From Candidatus Stercoripulliclostridium sp. (GTDB lineage: Bacteria > Bacillota > Clostridia > Christensenellales > DTU072), in the NCBI GenBank assembly GCA_045594145.1, contig JAZNYA010000147.1, positions 1 to 35,344 of the forward strand: a stretch of DNA of 35,344 nucleotides. Direction: 5' to 3'. Below the pieces are notes generated by a model. It searched no databases. It worked only from the letters and a program-made list of their open reading frames with translations, and had not been told where the DNA came from. A program made the translations under genes and the position numbers. Below, piece after piece: positions 17,885-25,283 of the stretch (positions are counted from its first letter, which is position 1; every line of letters starts with the position of its first letter).

Positions 17885-18400
17885 ATGATTAAGAATTATC
17901 AAGAACTCGTAGAAATAAAAAACCAATCCGGCGGGCTTGCTGTTGCTTTCGGATGCTTTGATATTTTGCATTACGGACATCTTAATTTTGTCAATTCCGT
18001 ATTAGAAAAAACGTCCCTTCCGCTTGCTTTGGGCGTACTTCCGGACGTTTACGTTAAGAACACAAAAGGAGAAGGTCGTCCAGTCCACACCGAAAGTGAA
18101 AGAGCTAGCACTCTCGATAGTAACGCACAACACGACTACACCTTTATTGTGAACGAAAAAGGCGACTTTGAGTTTTATAAATCCAAATTCAATCTAACTC
18201 ACGGTAAACTACTATGGGAATACGCATTGAACGCCTTGTATAAAATTAAGCCCACCGAATTTTATTATTCGACGGACTTCAAAATGACTAAAGAAATTCT
18301 CATGGTGTTTGACGAATTAAAGATAAAACATTATGCCGTTCCATATACTGAAGGCATTTCTTCTACCGCCATAATCGAAAAATGTCATTTGCCTAAATAG
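17885..18400 (+). CDS. HxGH-type cytidylyltransferase (TagD / CCT / RfaE-II-like)
   Basis: 171 aa. AFGCFDILHYGHLNF (CFDxxHxGH nucleotidyltransferase motif) and C-terminal YTEGISSTAII (RTEGISTS-type motif). Confidence 0.75.
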   Translation: MIKNYQELVEIKNQSGGLAVAFGCFDILHYGHLNFVNSVLEKTSLPLALGVLPDVYVKNTKGEGRPVHTESERASTLDSNAQHDYTFIVNEKGDFEFYKSKFNLTHGKLLWEYALNALYKIKPTEFYYSTDFKMTKEILMVFDELKIKHYAVPYTEGISSTAIIEKCHLPK

Positions 18401-19401
18401 GAAGCCAAGTAAACGTAATTCGCAATAGACGTATCCATATAGGGCATATCCAGTTTGCGAGATATCATCATCATTGCACTAAATCTTGTAACAAAGTATA
18501 GAAGCACGTTAAAATTCAGTGCTTCTTTTTTGTTTTCCATTGTCTCCTTATCGCCATAATAAGCTAATAAAAATCTATTGATTTCACCATCGGTCAAAAG
18601 AGTGGGATAATGCACCAAATAGGAAACTAAATCAAATTCCGGATTATTGTAGGTGGAAAGTTCCCAATCGTAAAGCTTAATAGACGGAGTCGTCGTCATG
18701 TTGTTTATTGTCAAATCCCCGTGACACACGCACCTACCAAAAGACGCCATTTTCTCATACGTTTTGCCATAGTCTTCGGCAAGTTTTCTTGCCTTTATGA
18801 GAAGCTCGTTAGGAAAAGCAGGAAAAACTTTTTTCACGCTCTCTATTAAAGCAAGCGAGAGCTCCTTCGCTTGCAAGTAGTCTTCCTTAACGTGAACGTT
18901 TGCTCCCACTTTAACGGCATCTTCCAAGCGTGGATATTCTCCATGTATTTTCTTTAGTAGTTCAGCAAGCTCTTCGTCCTTCGGTTCCCTAGAAATCTCC
19001 AGCTTTTCCATGATGACTATTGAACGTGTTTTATCGCTTTGGGCTCCGTAAATCTTTGGTAAGGATTCCTTAACAACGCTAAACGCAGAATACACCTTTT
19101 GCTCTCTTACTACACTATCTCTAATATAAAAAATGTATTTGCCCTTTTTATAATGCTTAAAAAACTCTTCCGAACCAAAATAGTTCATAGCATCGCCAAC
19201 GTTACTTTCAAACTGTCTCGACTTCATTTTTACGACGTATTCTCGTCCTTCTACAACGGCCTTCAATAAGGTTTCTTCTCCGCCGTCTTCCAATCGTGCA
19301 GTCATATTTCCCGTAGCTTTAAGTCGTTCCAAGGTTACTTCGCTACGGGTATTTAGCACTCTTTTTATGAAGTCTTTTATTTCGTCTTTAGAGTATATCA
19401 T
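18385..19401 (-). CDS. Choline/ethanolamine-kinase- or aminoglycoside-phosphotransferase-type small-molecule kinase
   Basis: 338 aa. Catalytic loop CHGDLTINNM (HGDxxxxN, Brenner motif). KLYDWELSTYNNPEFDL resembles the IDWEYxxxNxxxFDL choline-kinase motif. The ATG overlaps the upstream gene by 14 nt. Confidence 0.75.
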   Translation of the reverse strand: MIYSKDEIKDFIKRVLNTRSEVTLERLKATGNMTARLEDGGEETLLKAVVEGREYVVKMKSRQFESNVGDAMNYFGSEEFFKHYKKGKYIFYIRDSVVREQKVYSAFSVVKESLPKIYGAQSDKTRSIVIMEKLEISREPKDEELAELLKKIHGEYPRLEDAVKVGANVHVKEDYLQAKELSLALIESVKKVFPAFPNELLIKARKLAEDYGKTYEKMASFGRCVCHGDLTINNMTTTPSIKLYDWELSTYNNPEFDLVSYLVHYPTLLTDGEINRFLLAYYGDKETMENKKEALNFNVLLYFVTRFSAMMMISRKLDMPYMDTSIANYVYLASYLGK

Positions 19402-21697
19402 CTTCGTACTTTTCTATGGTTGCCATAAGCTCTAGGTATGCTTGGTATACGAGTTTTCCAAAAGAACTATCATCACGAAGCAATAGCTTTTCTACCGAAC
19501 GATAAAACTCGGCAACGTCCCTACTTACTCCCCTTCTCACTTCTATGAACTTCTTTGCAGAAAGAATATTAATTCTCCTTATGCGATAATAATGTTTCAA
19601 CTTGTTTTCGTTCAATAGATGTGCCTTATACGATACAAAACATTTTCTCCAAGAAAGTTCCCCGTCATCGTAATAAGGAATTTCTATATCCGTCCTATCG
19701 TCGTTATAATACCTTAACGCCATACCACAGTTTAGGAGAGCAAATTTCTCATCCGCTATCATTTCGTCGTAATACTTTTGCTCGTCGTTTTCATCTCCGC
19801 AAGCTAAAAGAGAATGCAGGCAAAGTATACGCATCGTCACGTCGGTGGTGCCTTCATAAATCTTCCTTACGAATCTTGCAACCTTTTGGAATCTATTAAG
19901 CCTATGCAAATGGTTAAAAATAGACAATACTTTGACGTAATCGTTTTCTTCTACGTCTTCATACAAATCCACCAATGCATCATAAACGTCATCCACACCT
20001 TCTTCTTCAAAGACGTCTGTTATAAAAGCGTTTATTTCCTTGTTGAAAGTGCGGTCGAGCATATGGCCAACTTCCCTTTCTTCCAAAACTCTATCCACGA
20101 AATCTCTGGCGATTAGATATTCCTTGAACATTTCATGAACAAAGGTTAAAACCCCGCTTTCATTTTCTATTGTGAAAATGTCAAGCATCACCCTAACGTC
20201 TCTTTCTTCAAGGTAAGTTTCTTGTGCAATCTTTTCTGCAAGCTTTTCTCTCGTGAGCAATCTCTTGCGTGTCGTTGAATATAGTTTCCAAGCAAGACTC
20301 TTTAACGCAACGTTTCCTTCTTCCGTCGTTAACGCAAGCATCTTCTTTTCTCGTTCACGCTTTATAATTCTACCTATTATACCACCCAGCGTGCTAGACA
20401 CCTTTAAAGAAAGATTTTCATCTACATCATCAAACTCTGCCGTGGCAAGATAGTAAGTGAGCACTAGCACTTTAGAGAATATTTTTTGACCTTTAATTTT
20501 ATCCACTATGAGCTTTGCTTCTTCTTCATCACAGCCACGTGCCTTAAGCAAAAAGTTGACGGCATATTTGCCTATTTCCCTTTCTCCAAATGGTTTAACT
20601 TCTATTACACTGTTTACTTTTGAAGAAACTTCATCGACGTAGAATCCCTTAAAACACGTAGTTCTCATGGACATAATGAGCGTGCTTTTTTCGTTAATGC
20701 CAAGTATCGCTTCTGTTATTAAACTAGAGTTTAGCTCACTGCTTTTTTCATCGAGAGCATCATAAAGATAAAGCGGGGACGTGTTTTTGCAAAAGGCTTT
20801 TAGTACTTCTGCATCCACCTTTAAAGATGCTTGTTCTACTATGTCGCCTATCACTTTTTCATAATCGAATTCCAGCGTTTTAGCACTGTTCAGGCTCTTG
20901 AATATTGGTATTTGGTTGCCTAGTTCCCCATTTAGTGCCTTTTCTGCATATTCCTTAAACAACCTATACATTAGGGTGGACTTACCGCTTCCACTCTCGC
21001 CGTGGAGCACGCTAACGCTACCTTCTTCCAATAGCACTTCGTTTAGGTCGTCAAAATACGGAGCACCATTTAAATATAGCTTTGGCTCTACAAAATACTC
21101 ATTTACTATGGTATCCATCTTCATTATTAAGGTGGAACCGGAGTGTGCCTTTTTAAGCCTTTCTATTTCGTATTTGATTATTTTTTCTTTTAGTTCCTTG
21201 TGCTCTAAGATTACCGGTTTGCTTTCGTCCAAACCAAGAGCTTTTAATAGCACGCCTTCGGTATAATCGGAGTAGCTTCTTGCACCTTCATAGGTTATAT
21301 AATCGATGTAATAAATCCTTTCCGCTCTTTCCTTTCCGAGCAGTTTTTCAAGGAGTTCTTTCTTTTCCGCATCCCAAGAAAAGCTCTTATGTGCTACCGC
21401 TAGTATGTTTTTATCCGGGTAACAAAGCACCGTTTTTAATTCATATAAAACTTCATCATTTTCACGGGTAAGGCCGTCTATAAAATAGTCGGTAAGGACG
21501 ATTATAAAGGTGGAGCATTCGTCTATTGCCCTTTCTTCTTCCTTCCTATAATTAGTGCCGTAAACACGATTTCTTTGCGAAGAAAAATAGGTGTTCTTGC
21601 CTTGCCTATCGCTGAGCGTACGGAAAATTTCGGCACCTATCGCACCGCCTAGTTCGGCATCGCCCCTAAAGCAAACGAAATATTCCGTCTTATTCAT
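19388..21697 (-). CDS. TIR-like domain fused to a NACHT/STAND P-loop NTPase with a helical C-terminal (sensor?) region
   Basis: 769 aa.
- aa 1-~135 have a TIR-like pattern (YFVCFRGDA...FIIVLTDYF...EVLYELKTVL).
- Walker A is VLHGESGSGKSTLMY (nt 20975-21001).
- Walker B is PLYLYDALDE.
- A sensor-1-like LIMSMRT follows.
- The C-terminal ~300 aa are alpha-helical-looking with no obvious repeats.
AGGGGAA RBS. Confidence 0.7.
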   Translation of the reverse strand: MNKTEYFVCFRGDAELGGAIGAEIFRTLSDRQGKNTYFSSQRNRVYGTNYRKEEERAIDECSTFIIVLTDYFIDGLTRENDEVLYELKTVLCYPDKNILAVAHKSFSWDAEKKELLEKLLGKERAERIYYIDYITYEGARSYSDYTEGVLLKALGLDESKPVILEHKELKEKIIKYEIERLKKAHSGSTLIMKMDTIVNEYFVEPKLYLNGAPYFDDLNEVLLEEGSVSVLHGESGSGKSTLMYRLFKEYAEKALNGELGNQIPIFKSLNSAKTLEFDYEKVIGDIVEQASLKVDAEVLKAFCKNTSPLYLYDALDEKSSELNSSLITEAILGINEKSTLIMSMRTTCFKGFYVDEVSSKVNSVIEVKPFGEREIGKYAVNFLLKARGCDEEEAKLIVDKIKGQKIFSKVLVLTYYLATAEFDDVDENLSLKVSSTLGGIIGRIIKREREKKMLALTTEEGNVALKSLAWKLYSTTRKRLLTREKLAEKIAQETYLEERDVRVMLDIFTIENESGVLTFVHEMFKEYLIARDFVDRVLEEREVGHMLDRTFNKEINAFITDVFEEEGVDDVYDALVDLYEDVEENDYVKVLSIFNHLHRLNRFQKVARFVRKIYEGTTDVTMRILCLHSLLACGDENDEQKYYDEMIADEKFALLNCGMALRYYNDDRTDIEIPYYDDGELSWRKCFVSYKAHLLNENKLKHYYRIRRINILSAKKFIEVRRGVSRDVAEFYRSVEKLLLRDDSSFGKLVYQAYLELMATIEKYEDDIL

Positions 21698-22475
21698 TTT
21701 CGCATTCCCCTACCATTTGTTCTATTTTCTTTGCACAATCCATAGCATAACTCAAATACTCGTATTCGTCTTTCGTCTTACTTGCATCTTTAGAGCCGTG
21801 AACTTCCAGCGTTATGCCCTTAATAAGTGGCATCTTTGCAATCCTAGAACATATTTTTGCCCAGTCACAGTTGCCTTCAAAAGGCATATAGTGGTCGTCG
21901 GTTTTACCAAAGTTATCGTGAAGGTGTAGTAACGCCACACGATTAATGCACTCTAAAACGTCAAAGTCATTGGGATAATAAATGTTATGGTGGCCGGCAT
22001 CATAGCAAACCTTCACGCTCTCCGGCATCCTTTCCATAACGCCCCAAAAGTAATCTAGTCGCCTTAAGTTTTCTATGCATAGCGTAAGACCACATTTTTC
22101 GTAATATTCCGCAACCTTTAGTATGCGGTTAAACCCGATTTCACTCATGGGCGGTGGTTCCGGGCTCGAAGAAATATGCATGGTTAGTTTATCTACTCCT
22201 ATGCTTTTTGCATAGTCCGCCCCTTTTATCATTTGTGAAAAATAAAAATCACCACGCTCTCCGGACAACCATAAATCGTTAACAACGTTCCTAAATGGAA
22301 GATGTATACTTTCTACTTCCAACCCGCTTTTTAGAGCAAAGTCAATTTCGTCATAAAAACTAGGCGTACGTTCAAAAAGTGCCATTACCCCATCAAAGCC
22401 CACTGCTTTAACGAGTTCTACACTGCGTTTATAATCGCCTTCAAAGCCATAATAAAAAGATATGTTCTTTTTCAT
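21690..22475 (-). CDS. Xylose-isomerase-like TIM-barrel protein (sugar-phosphate isomerase/epimerase / AP-endonuclease-2 fold)
   Basis: I place the start at ATG 22475 (MKKNISFYYGFEG), which has GGAGAAAAA upstream and an ATGA overlap with the upstream stop. Metal-ligand pattern typical of the fold: ...ESIHLPF..., ...LTMHISS..., ...LCIENL..., ...CYDAGHHN..., ...LHLHDN..., ...ITLEVH. Confidence 0.75.
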   Translation of the reverse strand: MKKNISFYYGFEGDYKRSVELVKAVGFDGVMALFERTPSFYDEIDFALKSGLEVESIHLPFRNVVNDLWLSGERGDFYFSQMIKGADYAKSIGVDKLTMHISSSPEPPPMSEIGFNRILKVAEYYEKCGLTLCIENLRRLDYFWGVMERMPESVKVCYDAGHHNIYYPNDFDVLECINRVALLHLHDNFGKTDDHYMPFEGNCDWAKICSRIAKMPLIKGITLEVHGSKDASKTKDEYEYLSYAMDCAKKIEQMVGECENE

Positions 22476-22999
22476 TTTTTCTCCACTAAGCACGCCCAGT
22501 CTTTCATAAGTTTTTCTAACGTATACGTTGCATTTGCCGGCGACGTTGACGGCAGACACACCGCTTCTATGCAAAGCGAAGGCAAAACGTATTTATCGTA
22601 ATACTTTTTTGCCGTTTTACCATTAACGAAAATTCTCTTAACGTTAGAATTGTTTAGTATTATCGTCAAATCGTTCGGCTTAACGTTTCTTATTGAACTA
22701 TCACTGGAGCCCACGATTTCGCAACTTTCTATTACGTCCCATACCGCAATCCCTAAGGATGATAAGAGTGCTTTTTTCTCGCTCACGCTACTTGGCTCTT
22801 GTTTGCCATCGAGTCTTGAAAGCACCTTCCAAAACCTATTTTGTGGATGTCCGTAAAAGAAGCTTTGCTCTCTTGATTTGACCGACGGAAAAGAACCTAG
22901 CACGAGAACTTGGGAGTTTTCGTCGTATACGGGTGGTATGGGATGATGAATAAGTTGATACCTTTCGTCTTTATCCGTTTTATCTTTCCGCTTTGCCAT
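22472..22999 (-). CDS. UDG-superfamily DNA glycosylase, hypoxanthine (deoxyinosine)-DNA-glycosylase-like
   Basis: 175 aa. VLVLGSFPSVKSREQSFFYGHPQNRFWKVL matches the GSFPSxxS...FYYxHPxNRFW signature I associate with family-6 'DNA-deoxyinosine glycosylase'. A C-terminal LPSTSPAN motif-B-like segment is present. Confidence 0.7.
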   Translation of the reverse strand: MAKRKDKTDKDERYQLIHHPIPPVYDENSQVLVLGSFPSVKSREQSFFYGHPQNRFWKVLSRLDGKQEPSSVSEKKALLSSLGIAVWDVIESCEIVGSSDSSIRNVKPNDLTIILNNSNVKRIFVNGKTAKKYYDKYVLPSLCIEAVCLPSTSPANATYTLEKLMKDWACLVEKK

Positions 23000-23005
23000 A
23001 TCAAA

Positions 23006-23034
23006 ATATTACCATAAAAGCTATGCTTTTACAA
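23006..23034 (-). promoter_or_regulatory. Candidate promoter of the glycosylase-TIM-TIR/NACHT-kinase cassette
   Basis: Minus-strand TTGTAA (23029-23034), 17-nt spacer, TAATAT (23006-23011). The -10 ends 6 nt before the ATG at 22999, and no Shine-Dalgarno is visible. Confidence 0.4.
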
Positions 23035-23052
23035 CCCTAATTTTAAAACACC

Positions 23053-24096
23053 CTAGAGATATATCTTTTCAAAAGCGTACGTATCTTCTACGCTAACGGC
23101 TAGAGCGTTTATAGTTGTGAGCGTTACGCTGGGGCTAACGTCTTTCGGCATCCAAGCAGAATAACCGCTTGGAGACGAAAGTTGATAATATCTTCCTTCG
23201 TAATACGAGCATAAATCGTTTCCGTGTTGATGTCCGCAAGAAATGAGCGTAAGCAATTCTTCACCGGCAAACATATTATCTAAAATTGCGTTTTTGGGTA
23301 TCGAAGAATAGGAATCTGAGAGCCTTTTTGGCATATTTTCGTACTCCTTCCCGTTTTCATAAGCATCTTCAAAGGCAGGTGTTTGCATGTGCATAAAGAG
23401 TGACGTGCGAACCCCACGACGTATTATTTCTTCCTTTAAACGTGCCACTTGGCTTTCTCTAAGATGGTCGTAACTTCCGGTGATTTTCGGTTTTCTCATA
23501 CCGCTATCCATAAACGCAAGAGTATGCACCCTTTCTCCGCCACGGGTTACGTCAACGCAAAATTGCAAGTCGCCGTATATTCCTTCCACGTTTCCCGCAA
23601 GAAAGTGCTCGTAGCGTAACATATATGCTATCACGTCTTGGTTAGAGCCGTCTATTTCACCATCGTTGTTGCCGGGCGTAAAAGTCCACGGTACGTCGTA
23701 TTCTTCCACCAATTGACAAATCTTCTTTATTGCGTTCTCCTTGTCGTAAGCGGGATTTAGACTGAACCCTTCAACCAGGTCTCCGGCAAGCACTATGAAG
23801 TCAACGTCCGTCTTATTAAGGATGCTTTTGAGTCCTGCAAGCGTCTTGACGTCATCCGCTGTTTCACCATTTAGAAGGTGCGTGTCATTAATCTTAAGAA
23901 CCTTTAGAGTGCCGTTTTCATCCGTCTCTACAGAGTAGTTATAACCAGCATAAATTTCGTCATAATCATCTTCCAGCGGTAACTTGTTCGTCCAAGCTCT
24001 ACCGCCTACGTAAGCTCCAAACGAAGCCCCCGCAACAGCGATTATAACGAGTACAATGATTAATATTTTTCTTGTGTCACACTTTGATATTTTCAT
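23053..24096 (-). CDS. Membrane-anchored calcineurin-like metallophosphoesterase
   Basis: N-terminal TM helix (ILIIVLVIIAVAGASFGAYVGG). Metallophosphoesterase motifs appear in order: INDTHL (DxH), LAGDLVEG (GDxxE/D), GNNDG (GNHD/E variant), CGHQHGN (GHxH). AAGGAAG RBS. Confidence 0.85.
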   Translation of the reverse strand: MKISKCDTRKILIIVLVIIAVAGASFGAYVGGRAWTNKLPLEDDYDEIYAGYNYSVETDENGTLKVLKINDTHLLNGETADDVKTLAGLKSILNKTDVDFIVLAGDLVEGFSLNPAYDKENAIKKICQLVEEYDVPWTFTPGNNDGEIDGSNQDVIAYMLRYEHFLAGNVEGIYGDLQFCVDVTRGGERVHTLAFMDSGMRKPKITGSYDHLRESQVARLKEEIIRRGVRTSLFMHMQTPAFEDAYENGKEYENMPKRLSDSYSSIPKNAILDNMFAGEELLTLISCGHQHGNDLCSYYEGRYYQLSSPSGYSAWMPKDVSPSVTLTTINALAVSVEDTYAFEKIYL

Positions 24097-24111
24097 ATCG
24101 TTCTTCCTTTA

Positions 24112-25269
24112 TTACAACAACTTTACGGTATATCCGCCAAACGAATACACGGGTTGGTCCTGCCTTACGCCACGTGGACAAAAGTCCGTAGTGATAATTT
24201 GCGAACCGCACTTTTCCGCTAGAGCATATCTTTCTTCGCTTACCTTGGGGTAATGGTCGGCACGAGTTCTCACTATATAGTTACCACTTTCAAAAACGTC
24301 CTTTCTCTTTATCGTCTTTTTGGGATTGTTGTCAATTATAAACGATGCGTATTCTCTTTCTCTTTGCTTATATAAGAGCGACGGAAACATTGCTTGCGTA
24401 CGTAAAGTATCGTCACGAGCGACGTAGTCTTCCGTCATTTTTGTTTCATGAAGTATGACGACGATTTTGCCCAGCATATCATTGAGTGCCATCCAGCTAT
24501 TGTCTTCTCTCATTTCTTTGAAGGTTTCGTAAGAGCCCAGCATATCTCCGGGAGTAATGAGCTTGTCGCCCAACTTTTCTTTTAGAAGTGCATCAAAGGC
24601 ATCCGCATGCTCTATTCCAAATATTTTTAATTCGTCAAGTGGGGCTACGTCTTGCTTGGCTTCTATTATGATGCTTATTGGTAAATGCCCTGGGTTGTGG
24701 TTAGACCACATAACTATTTCTTCCAGCGTGGTTGCAAAATCCAAGCAACTGGTCGCACTATCGAAAACGGGTTTATGCATGACGGTAAAGGTCGTTTGCG
24801 TGCCTGTTTCTTTTGCTTCTACGTCTATTTCTATGCTCCTAATACCATTTTCAAATTGCATGGTAAGAGTGTCGTTTACAAAATCGTTTTTATTAAAGTT
24901 TTTTAAGCCCAACGCAAGAATCTTAAATGGTAATTGGAAATCCTTGGTTGCTTCCGTTGCAAGCCGTTGATAGCTATTATGGGTAGCCAAAAATGCAACT
25001 TCGTTATACTTAACTCCGCTTTCTAATGCTTGTGCCAAATCAAAATTACAAAAGGTTTGTTCCCCTTTTGGCGTATAATTCTTATAAAACTCGTTCTTTA
25101 AATAAGCCATATGCTCGGCTTGGAAACGCTCGTTGTCTACCTTGTTTAACGCATAAACGTCTTTTGCATATTCCCATAAACCTATGGAAACAGCTCCTGC
25201 AACAATCACCACAGAGACAACGACAACAACTACTATCTTTATAATTTTCTTAAGTAAATCTCGGTTCAT
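24112..25269 (-). CDS. Membrane-anchored PLC-like phosphodiesterase (Ca2+-dependent PI-PLC-like TIM barrel)
   Basis: N-terminal TM helix (IVVVVVVSVVIVAGAVSIGLW). FLATHNSYQ and NGIRSIEIDVEAK resemble the HNSY / G-x-R-x-hEhD motifs of the PI-PLC X-domain superfamily. Confidence 0.65.
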   Translation of the reverse strand: MNRDLLKKIIKIVVVVVVSVVIVAGAVSIGLWEYAKDVYALNKVDNERFQAEHMAYLKNEFYKNYTPKGEQTFCNFDLAQALESGVKYNEVAFLATHNSYQRLATEATKDFQLPFKILALGLKNFNKNDFVNDTLTMQFENGIRSIEIDVEAKETGTQTTFTVMHKPVFDSATSCLDFATTLEEIVMWSNHNPGHLPISIIIEAKQDVAPLDELKIFGIEHADAFDALLKEKLGDKLITPGDMLGSYETFKEMREDNSWMALNDMLGKIVVILHETKMTEDYVARDDTLRTQAMFPSLLYKQREREYASFIIDNNPKKTIKRKDVFESGNYIVRTRADHYPKVSEERYALAEKCGSQIITTDFCPRGVRQDQPVYSFGGYTVKLL

Positions 25270-25283
25270 TTTTTACCATTGTA

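Noticed and set aside
22476-22574. 33-codon N-terminal extension of the TIM-barrel ORF.
   Set aside because: - It overlaps the 3' end of the glycosylase gene.
- The ATG at 22475 has GGAGAAAAA upstream and forms an ATGA stop-start overlap.
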